The translations under genes and the position numbers were made by a program. This document shows positions 14,279-26,673 of a DNA stretch of 64,000 bases, one piece after another (the stretch's first letter is position 1; every line of letters starts with the position of its first letter). The notes below the pieces were generated by a model. That model made no database searches and had not been told where the DNA came from. It worked only from the letters and a program-made list of their open reading frames with translations. This DNA is from Epiperipatus broadwayi (lineage: Eukaryota; Animalia; Onychophora): contig JAQFVV010000002.1 in the NCBI GenBank assembly GCA_028023455.1, forward strand, positions 18,290,001-18,354,000. The letters are read 5' to 3'.

Positions 14279-14321
14279 ACCAACTAATAAATGCTGGTTC
14301 AGCACGAAATATGTATATTGG
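14279..14321 (+). ncRNA. Decayed hammerhead motif (same family as 25920-25963)
   Basis: ACCAA-CTAATAA-A-TGCTG-GTT-CAGCA-C-GAAA-TATGTA-TA-TTGG. The stems are kept but the core G5 and G8 are mutated. Confidence 0.65.
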
Positions 14322-14394
14322 AAATCATTTGTCTTTTTCCTGTATATGTAGTTAAATATTAATTCTTATTAAGTGTGATGTCAGCATGTAATAC

Positions 14395-14600
14395 TTATAT
14401 AACGCTAAAACCTCAGTACATGCACCTTGAGTGTTCCCAAATCAAAATGCTTTAGATTATATAATTAAGAAAATAGGTTGAGAGATAAGAGGGGTCCCTC
14501 TTATCTTTATAAAGTTGAATCTTGCGTTACGATTTGTAGAGGTCTCTCTTGCTAAAAGTAAGCACTCAAGGCACATGTACTGAGGTTTTAGCCTTATATT
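14395..14600. repeat. Fold-back element (~38-bp arms)
   Basis: GCTAAAACCTCAGTACATGCACCTTGAGTG pairs with CACTCAAGGCACATGTACTGAGGTTTTAGC. A related fragment lies at about 2745-2837. Confidence 0.75.
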
Positions 14601-14699
14601 ATATGTGGTTAAGGGTATAGATTGTATAAGATGGATTGAGTAGATTTAGAGAACTTGAAAGTCTGATTTCAAGTTCTTATATATATATATATATATGAG

Positions 14700-15445
14700 T
14701 TGCTATTATGGTTTGGATATGCAAATTATGAAAAGGCATTTGATTCTATAAATATTTATATTAAAACATTGGATCATCAAGATATTTACCTGGAATATTG
14801 TAATATTTTGAAGAATATTTATCAAAAGGCAAACAGTAGTCTTTAGATTACATGATGATATTATAAAGATTAACATTAAGAAGAGTTTATGACAGAGTTA
14901 TTTTATATACCAAAACTTTTTATAGCAGTTTTGCAAATTAAGCTTCCGGAATAAAAGTAAATAGAAATTATTAAATTAATTAGATTTTGCAAATGATATA
15001 ATTGTTTTGAAAACAATATTTCAGGGCTTTAGGAAATATTGCAAGTGTTTTCAGATAAAAGTAAGAGTAAGATCAAAGGCAAATGTTTAATGGATTTTGA
15101 TAATCATGAATTAAAAGAAATTAACAGACATTATTACCTTGGTCAGATTATTAATACAGATGATAACACAATAGATGAAATTAATCACAGAATTAAACAT
15201 GGATGGAATGCTTTTGATAAAAATAACTTCATTTAAAAGGTATACCTATGCTTTGAAAAGGTAGATTTTTAATAGATAAACTTTATTAATTCTTACTTAT
15301 GAGTTTGAGACTTAGTAAGAAAAAATTAAAAACAAAATACATGAGTGAGAGAACAAATAGGTATCACTGAGATCAGTGAAAAAATTAAGAAACTGAAAAG
15401 CAACTAGAATTGACATATGGCAAAAAGAGGTGATAATAGATAGGT
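14700..15445 (+). mobile_element. Degenerate RTE LINE fragment
   Basis: A YEKAFDSI-like RT motif near 14725, then ORF 15039 (YYLGQIINTD..DEINHRIK.GWNAF) homologous to 3646-3885. Confidence 0.8.
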
Positions 15446-15447
15446 AG

Positions 15448-15562
15448 TTTTTTTTTCCATATGTTATAGCATCAGCCAGGAGGCGAACCCACAACAACTG
15501 TCTGCAAGCAACTGCTTGCTTGCAAGACAGCTGCGCTGACATCTCAGCTAACAACGCTTGAC
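15448..15562 (-). mobile_element. tRNA-Gly-derived SINE, long form
   Basis: Reverse complement of the 1251 and 22959 family. Flanked by TAATAGATAG(G/A)TAGTT direct repeats. Confidence 0.8.
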
Positions 15563-16431
15563 TAATAGATAGATAGTTGAAGTCTTAAATTAAATTCTAG
15601 AGATTATAAAAGACTTAGAAAAAGACCACATTTGAAATAGATTGATAAAATAGAGAATTTCACTGGTGTGTAGAGAAGAGAAGCTATATATCATATAAAC
15701 CAGATTAAACTTGGAAGACCCTTCTTTTTTAAATTGTGAATCAATCCAGGAACTTTTAATCCTAAAAATCCTTCCTTATAATATAGAGCTAAAAAGCATA
15801 AAGCACACTTTAAAGTTTTATTAATAATCTAAGATAAATTTGCTATGATTTCTATAGAGGAATGAAGGATAAGCTTATAAAAGCAATGTTGCGTCATATA
15901 TGACTTGCTTTATTGATAATTAGAAGAATGAAGGAATTGCGCATTTTCAACTGGGAAAAGAATCATCTCATTTCCCATATCGTAATCCAAATGTAAGTTA
16001 ACTCAGTATAATCCGCTGCCAAATTATTTCACAGTTTTATATGTATTAATTTAAAAAAAAAAAATTATAAAACACTAAATATTGATCTGTATTCAATAAA
16101 AAGAACTTTAAAATATTTAAATTATTTAACTTATTCAAATAATTTGTCATAAACAATATTAATAATTACTTGTAAAACAATAGAATCAGTTCCAGCTGTA
16201 ATAATCTGAAGAATATGTTAAATACAATAATTATAATTGTTTTAAATTCACTATTAAATTTTTCAGCCTGTTGTACTAATTATTTTATCGTATTTCTTTC
16301 TGATAAAATTAACTTTTAAGGAAAGTTAATTTCATATATATAATAAGCAATTTATAATATATTTTTTCAAAAACTTGGATAAAATAATGAAATAAACACA
16401 CACATGTTTAAACATAAAAAACTAACATATC

Positions 16432-17130
16432 ATCATTATCATCCAAAAACAGTGCATTGTGGTTGTAATTACATCATTCTATCTTCATCAATTTATTTCA
16501 TATCTGCACATGAAAAACATTTCAATTTCACTGATCACATTTACATAAAAGAATATTATTGTTCTACTTCTTAATCTTCCTCCTAAATTTTGCATCAAAA
16601 TATTTTGTAAAAACCTATCATGTCTTAAAATATGATGAAAATTTTAATATTTTTCATTTTTATCATATTCAATTGTTCTCTTTTCACTCCAAGTTCTCTT
16701 AATATTTAATCATAAGTCTTCTTGTTCATCCTACTTATTATAGTTAATCTTTTTCAAAGCCACATTTCCATTCCTTCCATTTTTTTTCTTTTCTTATGGA
16801 CCATGTTTCACAACCATATATCAACATATTTCAAATACAGGTTTTAATAAATTTCATTCTATTTTTGGAATTGATATTTTTATTTCGCTGTAAAGCTTTT
16901 TCCTTTGGAAAAGCATGTTTTGCTAATATTATTATCCTTTTAATCTTCACAGTACAACCATTGCAATGATAAATATTTTCCAGATAAAATTCTTAAACTA
17001 GTTCTAAAAATATATTATTTATCTGCACATATAATCAGACTTTTCGTCTTCTGTCTAGTCTTATTAATAATCATTTTACTTTATTTTAAAAGACTCTGTC
17101 TCTGTAAGCACATGCAATATCTTAAGCAGT
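16432..17130 (-). mobile_element. Degenerate 3' part of a second RTE-like LINE family
   Basis: The minus strand gives AK.AFPKEK, GCETWSIRK and EMWL motifs, plus a GAT-rich tail near 16432. Confidence 0.65.
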
Positions 17131-17633
17131 AATAGATATGGAAAAAATAAAAATGAAAATATTTCTTTTATTATATGCTGTATTTAAAAACTATAATTTT
17201 AATATTTTCAAGAAAATCTAGTTAGATCACAATGCTATAGATTGTTTATAAAATTATATATCACTGCATTCACTCTTCAATTTGATAAATTTTATTCACT
17301 TTTTTTTTCTGTTGGGTTTTAATTCCTTTTCAATTCATATACTGAATGTGCATATTAAACTTGGCCAATTTCTGTGACAGTACATCTTATTGATTAATTA
17401 TATGCTCATTAATAATTTTATTAACTAAAATTACTTTTCAATATTTTAATAAAACCAGAGCAATTCTGTGTTTTAGTAGTTCTTTAGTAAACAACCAATA
17501 AGTAATTTTATATAATGATTTAAAAAATGAATGGGTGAAAAATTATTTTATTTTTCATCAAACTATAACTTTTGTCTTAACAAATTTAAAGATGAATGTG
17601 GTTATTTGCTAACAATAAAACAAAAGTGTAATT

Positions 17634-18025
17634 AAACCACTAAACATCACATGATCACTATCTCATACTAGCACAATAATTGTTATTAAACAATTCAAAA
17701 CAAAACATATGACTATATAAGCTATTGAGCTTGGATTGAAAATATTAATAGTGTTTTCAATTTCATTCTCATAGTTTTGTAGTTAAATAGAGTTAAAAGG
17801 TGGGTGCTGGAGGGTTGCATTAGATCCTAAGATCTAGGTGCAGTGCTCTCAGATCCAAGGCTCCTCACTGATGAAGGCCACAAGCCAGAAACTAGTCTGG
17901 GGATATTGGATGAGTAGGCACTAGATAGGGATTTTATGCACAAGCCTTCTGGCATCCATTGATTGCTCTTGTTAGCACAAGATGGCACTACTATATGGAG
18001 AGTGTTGTTTTGTTTTGAATTGTTT
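17634..18025 (+). mobile_element. Hammerhead-bearing retrozyme-like element (family F) with an inverted 3' segment
   Basis: 12-bp TSD AAAAGTGTAATT at 17622-17633 and 18026-18037. 17634-17707 is the antisense of the family 3' end. Confidence 0.8.
17853..17911 (+). ncRNA. Type I hammerhead ribozyme with extended stem I
   Basis: ATCCAA-GGC-TCCTCA-CTGATGA-A-GGC-CACAA-GCC-A-GAAA-C-TA-GTC|TGGGGA-TA-TTGGAT. Predicted cleavage is after C17897. Confidence 0.75.
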
Positions 18026-18234
18026 AAAAGTGTAATTGTAATAAATATAATTTTCATTACTGATGAGTGAATTGTTATACACCTAGATGAATTGAACCAT
18101 CATGTTTTAACTTTATCTTACAAATAGTTAAGCATCTTTCCTCAGCTTTAAAAAAAATAATTACTTAATATTATTTATAAATTTATTTAGCACATTAATT
18201 ACGTGAGTAATATTTACTAAGGCTATAACTTCAA

Positions 18235-18450
18235 GAATATGCACGTAAAATGTGATAGTAGGGACCTCTACAGGTCTTACAAGCTTATGTTTTGTAATAA
18301 ATATGCGTGTAAAATGCGATAGTAGGGACCTCTACAGGTTTTAACCACAAGCTCACGTTTTGGAAGAAAAGAGTTTTTTCTTCCAAAACATAAGCTTGTG
18401 GTTAAGACCTGTAGAGGTCCCTACTACCACATTTTATGCGCATATTCTTA
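18235..18450. repeat. Near-perfect palindrome (~75-bp arms) with a duplicated left arm
   Basis: ATGCG..TAGTAGGGACCTCTACAGG..TTTTGGAAGAA is mirrored at 18378-18446. An extra partial left arm lies at 18236-18293. Confidence 0.85.
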
Positions 18451-19059
18451 ATATTATTTAAAAAATTTTTTCCAAATTGATTTCTACTAAATCAAAAAAG
18501 TTCCCAAATAACTGATACTTGCATGCCACCACTATTAAAATTGTATAGAATATGAATGTATTGTTAAAAAGTAAATAATAGCAAATGATTAAATTTTTGT
18601 ATTAATAGTGCAATAACTGTTATAATCACAATAATAATGATCTAGCTGTGACTAATAAATATTGAAATAATAAATAATTTTATATGATTTTTACATTCTT
18701 TCATTGTGAAGCCTTGAAAATTGTGGCTCTTGTTTACATCAGATAAAATTGGGCTGGTTCATAATTGAAAAATGTTGCTTATCAGCCCTTTGAATAATTT
18801 AAAAATAATTTCCTTTGGTGATAATTTATACAATGCTGTCTAAATTTAAACTAATTATTATTATTATTTTAAAAAAGTATTATTAGCAAGAAATATCAAT
18901 GAAAAATTAATCCACAATAATATATAATTCAGGATTTTTGCAAATAGAAAAAGCTAATAATTAAACATATTTTTTTGTGAAATTAATTGTTTGAAATTAT
19001 AATTATAATTAATGTTTGTGAAAAATCGTTTTCAAACTATTTACACACTCAGGAAACAC

Positions 19060-19258
19060 GAAGTAACGAATAGGAATCTTCATATTATTATTTCCAATTT
19101 TTATTAATAAAGAACAAATAGGAATCGAAGTAACAAATAGAAATCTTCATATTATTATTTCCATTTTTTATTAATAAAGAACAAATAGGAATCGAAGTAA
19201 CAAATAGGAATCTTCATATTATTATTTCCAATTTTTATTAATAAAGAACAACTTCGTT
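19060..19258. repeat. Three tandem 67-bp units
   Basis: GAAGTAAC starts at 19060, 19127 and 19194. Flanked by the short inverted AAAC(AC)GAAGT / ACTTCGTTT. Confidence 0.9.
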
Positions 19259-20172
19259 TAATAGAGCTTAAATATATAAAATTAAATAGTATTGAAATAT
19301 AATAAAACCTAATTATTATTTTTTATTAGTCATTCATTAGACTAATGATTATCCACTTAATAAATAATATTTCTGTAGTGTAATTCTCATTATAGAAATA
19401 TTATTCATTAATAATGAAACGTTGTTTCATTTGTTCCTAAATATATTGTTTTTTTCGCAGTACTTATTTGTTTCTATTGTTCTGGAATTATATTTACATC
19501 AATAACATTGTTTTGTCTTAGATCCAAGTTGTCATTTCATAGCGATTATTGAAAAATCATATTCCTGACTCAAGATAACATTTTTCACATGAATATTTTT
19601 TTAAAAAAAAAATTAAATACAGTACAATATTTTTTGCTTTCCATTCTTTCTTTAGATAAAATGGAAGACTTAAAGAAACTGTTGTCAAGAATAAAACATT
19701 CACTTTTACATTTTAATTCACTGCGAACACTTCTGATTGTAATTGTGTGCATAATTTTTATGTTATTCTTGTTTATTATTTTGTATTCCTGTTAATTAGT
19801 TTGTCTGTTACATTAACAGTATTTATGAGATGAATTTAACGTTGTACCAAACTTTTCCAAGAATCATGAAACATTAATAAAAGCTTCTATCACTCCTTAT
19901 GTTTTATGCACACATCATGGTGACAGTGAGCATATTTTAAAAAGATCATACTTTGAATTGAGATATAAAGTTTTTACAAAAGAAATATCAAAGATTTTAT
20001 TCCAGTGAGGATTGTTTTAAACTTTTCTCAAAATATATAAAATCTTAAATCATAATTTTGAAGATCTTTTTACTCATGTTGCTGTAATTGTTGAACCTTC
20101 CTTCTGAAAAAGCACTTAGCTTTTACTTATTAAAATACTATACATCATGTGTTTTCATTAATTTGCATTGTT

Positions 20173-20284
20173 TTTTTTCCATATATCATAGCATTTGCCG
20201 GGAGGCGAACCCGCATCAACCGTCTGCAACCAACTGCTTGCTTGCAAGGCAGCTCCACTGACCTCTCAGCTAACAACGCTTGAC
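20173..20284 (-). mobile_element. tRNA-Gly-derived SINE, long form
   Basis: 13-bp TSD AATTTGCATTGTT at 20160-20172 and 20285-20297. Contains AGCTGCCTTGCAAGC..AGTTG. Confidence 0.85.
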
Positions 20285-20776
20285 AATTTGCATTGTTGTA
20301 TATCGATTCAAAAAATTATCCACTTAATTCAGTTTATCATTCAAATAATTATTCATTAAAATAACTTTTTTTATGTAAATATACAAACTCTCTGTTAAGG
20401 TGAAATAACTTCTAAATATGGTACCTGCGTAACACATTGCAACTTGCGCATAAAAATTTGCTTATTTATTGGTAACTACATTGACCCCATAAATCATTTA
20501 GTATAATTTTTTTCAAGTTTGGTATAAATTATTGATTACTTTTGTCTTCAAAAACAAATACTATAATTGTGCAATCATTGATATATTACAAACTTTATAA
20601 AACTGTCTGATCCAGTTTAGTGGTAACATTAAGAATAAAATATTTACAACTGATTTCTAACAAAGAAAAGAAAAAAAATCTTTTGATTAATCAAATAAAA
20701 TAGTTATGCTTAAATGGCATTTTTGTACTCGAATGTCACATGATTTTAGAGCATCATATAATTAAATAATATATAT

Positions 20777-21003
20777 ATCACATGATCACCAATTTCTATG
20801 CTTGCACAAACTGTTAAAATAGTAGCAAATTCTCCAATACAGCAGATCTATCAAGTGCAAGCCTTAGTAATCAATAGATGCAAGAAAGTTTGTGGATTGA
20901 ATGAGTAGGTGCTAGATAAGGATTTTATGCAAAAACCTTCTTGCATCCATTGATTACTAAAGTTTACACTGGATGGAACTACTGGATAGACAATTTTCTG
21001 TTT
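20777..21003. mobile_element. Diverged palindromic family F fragment (3' half only)
   Basis: ATCACATGATCACC.. antisense arm plus a GAGTAGGTGCTAGATAAGGATTTTATGC..CATTGATTAC sense arm. Confidence 0.7.
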
Positions 21004-21006
21004 AAA

Positions 21007-21394
21007 TCATCATCATCAACCATTATCAATCCACTGCAGGATAAAGATCTCTCCAAGTTTGATCCATCTTCTCTGATCTTTAGCTTATCTTCTCACATCA
21101 CCCCTGCATACTTTCTTATTTCATCCATCCATCTCATGTGGTCTCTTTCTGGATCTTTTACAATCTGTTGGAATACAGTTTAAGATTTCAATTGTCCATC
21201 TATTATCATTTCTTCTAGCAATATGTCCAGCCCAACTCCACTTCTGTCTTTTAAATTTTTCAATGAGGTCAGTAACACCTGTTTGTTCTTTTACCCATAT
21301 ATTGCATTTTCGATCTCTTCTTGTTACTCCCAACATGCATCTCTCCATACTATTTGAGTGGTCTGAAGTCTCTGTATTGCTCTTCTATTAAGTG
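21007..21394 (-). mobile_element. RTE LINE 3' end
   Basis: ORF 21121-21348 is near-identical to 4034-4369. CAT repeat tail at 21007. Confidence 0.9.
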
Positions 21395-22958
21395 TTTAAA
21401 TATATATGTTAAAATAAAGTTTTCATGACCATCAGATATAAAGGATATATTAACTGGGTTTATTCATGTATAATTAAAAAAAGTGTTATAACACTATTTC
21501 AGCTGAATCACCCTTGCCATTAACTAAGTTACATTACCCATTTTATGGCAGGTGCAATCCAATAAAAACAGGGGTGTAATAGTACAGTTAACCTTACACA
21601 GATTAACTTGGACAATTTATATTTTGTATAATATACTTAGATAGAATTATGTATGAATAGTGAAAAGCCTCATGATGCAAAAATGAGTTCAAATCCTGAT
21701 GGTCACATTCAATCCAAATAATCATACAATACTTGTCAGTAAGTGGGTATTTTAGCTACAAATTAATAAAGAATGAAAATTCATGTAAATCCTCTCTAGT
21801 CACTAACTGCCAAGTTTTGTGCTAATCGTCTACACTTTTACCATCTCTCTATGATGATCCGGTGAAGAAGCCTATGCTCTAAAGTATCTTTATAGAGGCT
21901 GTTTTTATATACGTATACATGATGATTAATAGTTTAATAGAATAGCTTTATGCTAATCAATAATTTCTTGGTTCAATCAAAAATGAAATATCCAGGTCAT
22001 AGTAATCATAATATATATTAAATACAATTCCAAAGCTAAACATATTTCATGTTAAAATTAATCAGGGAACAGAACAAAACTCAGACCATTATTACTATTA
22101 AAAATGAACTTCAATGAATAAGTTTCACTGAGAAAGAGAAAGATCATAAATGTGGACAAAATTTCTTTAATGATTATTATAAATATGCGATTTTTTCCGC
22201 ATGTGTTAGTGAAGCTGTAATTATAAGGTTTAAGTTAATATGCCAGCTTAGCACTTTCAAGATTTGGTATTCAAATCTCATACTCATTGCTTTACTGAAT
22301 GAATACTGATGTAATTTATTGTACACATATGCAAATGAGCTTGAATTTTTAATTAGTTAATCCATTGTTTGGAGAGACCAAAGCATAGCTCTCTTCTATT
22401 AATGGCACTGAGATCATTTGCTATGTAAAAAGCTTCTTTGACATTTCTTTTGGCATCACTCTTCTCTGTGCAAATGATTTGGGCAGAACTGGGTTCAAAT
22501 ACATGGCCTGTAGCTGCTTGGTGGCCCCAAAAAATTGATGTTCCTTCATTTTTATTTTTAACCCTGTTACTATCTACAATTATGGTCTATTGATTTTAAG
22601 TAGTTCTAATTTTAAAAAAGTTAATGTGTAGATATTTTTCTATAAATTTCTCCTTTTGTCATTTTATACTACTAAATAATTGTGGATAAAAGTCTTTAAT
22701 TTTTGTTGTTGTTGTTGATACAGAAATATGAGAGATTTTTTTCCAAAGTTAGCTTCAATGTATAATCATGATGTTACAATTCTAAGTGCTAAAAATAGTT
22801 ATCATGAAATTAAAAATATCAAATTCAAATCTTTCAGTAATATAATTTAGTTTGACAGAGGAAATAGATTAAATATTTTTTATCTCCATTGATTGTAATC
22901 TTAGTTACTGTATTTTTATAAATTGTATGGTTTTCATTTAATTTTATTTTTGTGAGCT

Positions 22959-23071
22959 GTCAAGCGTTGTTAGCCGAGAGGTCATCGCATCCGCCTTGCA
23001 AGCGAGTAGTTGGTTGCAGACGGTTGTGGGTTCGCGTCCCGGCTGATGCCATGACATATAAGAAAAAAAAA
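22959..23071 (+). mobile_element. tRNA-Gly-derived SINE, long form
   Basis: Near-identical to 1251, with a poly-A tail and short TGAGCT direct repeats. Confidence 0.85.
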
Positions 23072-23272
23072 TATCATGAGCTGTGAAGGATTTTTTATAA
23101 CTTTCAGATAAAACAATCTCTTAATTGCCATTTTAAAAAATTTCTAATGTTTTGACGAGTTTATGAAAAAAATGTAATTTTGATATAATTTTGCAGGGAA
23201 TAAAAATTTCAATACTTATTAAATCCTTAAATGTATTTTTGGTGCAAAAAATCTCTGTAAAATGCATCAGAG

Positions 23273-23458
23273 CAGCGGTTCTCAACCTATAGGTCACGAC
23301 CCCTTTGAAAGTCGAACAACCCTTTCACAGGGGGCGCCTAAGACCATTGCAAAACACATTTTCGATTCATAACAGTAGCAAAATTAAAGGCTGGGAGTCA
23401 CCACAACATAAAAAACTGTATTAAAGGATTATGCCAATAGAAAGGTTGAGAGCCACTT
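23273..23458. mobile_element. hAT MITE, URR1-like
   Basis: TIRs CAGCGGTTCTCAACCT / AGGTTGAGAGCCACTT and 8-bp TSD CATCAGAG / CATTAGAG. Internal motifs resemble rodent URR1 as recalled from memory. Confidence 0.85.
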
Positions 23459-25073
23459 CATTAGAGTAACAATTCATTAGACCATCAAATGAACTACTGA
23501 AAATAACACAATTCAACTGACAATGGTTACAATTGACGTGACATTATTATAAATTTTAATATGTCTTAATTTCACAGGATTTTTAAAAATTGAACTAGTG
23601 TTCACCTTAGTACTGTACATTTTATAAAAATCAAATTAGTTTGAATTTAGCTTGCACAGTATGAGTTTTATGTATCTTTTTTGGCTTTAGTGTCTCTTAT
23701 ACTGCTAGTGGTCTAACCCTAAGAAATTTTTTTCTATTTTTTGCAATCTATGGCTACTTTTTGTTCTATTTTTTTTATACACAAATATTATAATACCTAT
23801 TGTAAATAATGATTACAATAATAAAAAGCAAATTTATTTCATAATAACTGATTTAAGAAACAAAACAAATGACTGTAGTTAGAACTATTAGTAATTTTAT
23901 TTCTCCATTTTTTTTTTTGCAATTTTATGATTATATTTTTTAATTTTTTTACATAAATATTTTAATACCTAATGTAAATAATGCTTATAATAAAAAAAAA
24001 AACAAATTTGAAATGATAATTATATAAAACAAATATTCTTTTAAGAAGCAGTATGAGATCTTGGTTGTAGCATTTAAATTAAATATCATGTTATGGTTGG
24101 TTTAGAGTTAAATTTACTTAGAACTTCTCCAAGCCATATAATTACATATAATACATATAGTGGCACTATAAACAATGTTGTATATAACTACATAATTTTA
24201 ATATCCAAACAAAATGAAATGCAACTAAATAAACCACAAAAAACATCAAAATTAGCAAATTTTAAGATATTTGAGCAGTCATATTTTCTTTTCTGAGTAC
24301 CTAATATGATTACATTTTTTTTAAAAAAGATACAATTTGTAAATAAATTTTACAACATGCCAGTAGTTAATTTTCCATCTCGGAGCACTGTATACAATTA
24401 TATATATTAATAAAATTTCTTCAGATTACGTTGAATGTACATATATTTTATTCTTCCTTTGTCATACTTTCCAAATTTGATGTGTGGTATTTTGCATAAT
24501 AAACTATTTTCTGAATGAACAATACTAAAAGTTTTACAAAATTTTAGAATATACTAAATGTTGATATTGACTTTTAAAAAATCAAACCAAGTAGAGAGAT
24601 TTTAATTTATTGATAACATTTATGTTTTTATAAAATAAAAAAGTTATTGAAAAAAAAAGACTGGCCAATGTGCACTTTATTTTAAAAATAAAAACAGGGT
24701 AATTATCCCCCCCCCCCATTCTTATTGCTTCGGTAAAAGCATGAGGTAATACACACAATAAAATGATGTAAATGTGTTATCTCAATTTATTATTAATAAA
24801 TACATTATTTTTACAATTTTGTCTATTGTATAATCTTAATATATAAATACATGCTATACATATAAAAACATCTCATTATATATATATATGTGGGTGTTGA
24901 AAAGCACTATACACTTGCAATTCAATAAACAGCATATCAATGCTTCACATACATTTATATACAATGGGCCTTGTAACAAAATATGGTATAATTTGCAGCT
25001 TCACTATAATTACATATTACAGTACAAATATCAAAGTTTAATTTATAATTTTGATATAATAATTTAATTACTT

Positions 25074-25537
25074 CTTCTTAGAAGTATATTTTTATTTTTC
25101 TCCTTTTGCTTTCTTTGTATTTCTTCATATATTCATATATATTGCTTACAATAACTCCTCTCATATACACTTCAATGCAATTTTTTAAAAAAAAATCATT
25201 TATTTTCCTGACAGTTTCAAGTGCCCTGCAGTCTTCATCAGAGCAATCTCAATCTCCTCTATATTCCTTTATTCTCCTGACAGTTTTTTGACTGCCCTGC
25301 AGTCTTCATCAGAGTGATCTCAATCTCCTCTATTCTCTAGAAGAGATTGAGATCACTCTAATGAAGACTGCAGGCCAGTCAAAACTGTCAAGAAAATAAA
25401 GGAATAAATAGTAGAAGAGATTGAGATTGCTCTGATGAAGACTGCAGGGTAGTCAAAACTGTCAGGAAAATAAAGGAATCATTAAAAAAAATTTGCATTA
25501 AAGTGTATATGAGGGGGGTTATTGTAAGCAATATATA
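25074..25537. mobile_element. Palindromic element with four hammerhead motifs (family H1)
   Basis: Cores at 25207-25241(-), 25276-25312(-), 25358-25392(+) and 25432-25466(+), of the type CTGATGAA-GACTG-CAGGG-CAGTC-(G>A)AAAC-T-GTC. 14-bp TSD TAATTTAATTACTT at 25060-25073 and 25538-25551. Confidence 0.85.
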
Positions 25538-25919
25538 TAATTTAATTACTTAAGAGAATTTTTTTACTTGCAATATATGATTGATATCTTTTTTTTGTAA
25601 AAGTATTAGACTATAAAACAAAGTGAAGACTCATACAATAAAGAAGTGACCATATTTATTAACCTTTTTTTTTTTTTTTAAGGTACTTGTGAGTCTTCAA
25701 GTAAACTAAGAATGGCAGCCCATATTTTTGATAAATATACAGTTTCGGGGCCCCCAAAAAATGCCTGCTAAAAAATTTCATATTCAATATTTACATTTTA
25801 TTTTTTATTACTGTTATTTTAAAAAAAGAAATCATTGTGGAAAAATTAATTATAATATTTATAGTTTATTTTCTTTTGGGGGGGGGGGGATTAACTTATT
25901 AACAGAAAAATAAATAATC

Positions 25920-25963
25920 ACCAATATACGTATTTCATGCTAAACCAGCAATCATCAGTTGGT
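25920..25963 (-). ncRNA. Minimal type I hammerhead ribozyme (family H5) inside a short inverted repeat (25908-26030)
   Basis: Minus strand ACCAA-CTGATGA-T-TGCTG-GTT-TAGCA-T-GAAA-TACGTA-TA|TTGGT, giving a 5-bp stem I and a palindromic stem III loop. Confidence 0.75.
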
Positions 25964-26673
25964 CCAGATTATCATCTCCCACACATATATACTATAAGCA
26001 TGAAATACGTATATTGGTGATTATTTATCTTTTCAGCATATATGGGCTTGAGTGTATCAGTGTTATTAGATAGAGTGGAAAGTGGTGGGTCATGTGAAAG
26101 TCTGTGCTCATATACCCTATATTACATATATAGACACAGGTATATAATAAGCCTGTGTTTCAGTTATAATAGAAAAATGAAAAAAATATAAATACAATAT
26201 CTATACATTATTCATGTTAGCGATGTGCAATCATATCGTGACCATTAGTGGGCACTTTCTGAGATGACAGGATATGTGCAAATAGTCCACTGCATCATAT
26301 TTTATGAGAGGAAGATCCCAAATTTTATCATTATGACAATTTACAAAAAAAAACAAAAAACTGCTGGCCAAAAGAAAGATGCTGAATTGAACCAGAGTAT
26401 GATAATGTTAAGAGCATCTTGTCACTTCCCACATTATAGGTAAAAAGAAATTGAAATAAAGCTTTTAATGAAATTTATGGGAATTTATTCCTATTTTTAA
26501 ATTTAATAATTGATTTATTAATTTTGTTTTAATTTAACACTAATCATCTTCATTAAATTATAAGCCTTCACAACTTGAAAACTCACAAATACCTTTTTCT
26601 TTATTATTTATAAAAATTTTGAAACCTTATCATTTTAAAAATTACTTAGCATATGAACAGTTGATCAAGTAAA

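Noticed and set aside
12594-19258. CRISPR-like arrays in the 198-bp and 67-bp repeats
   Set aside because: The units are fully repeated with no unique spacers, and the context is eukaryotic.
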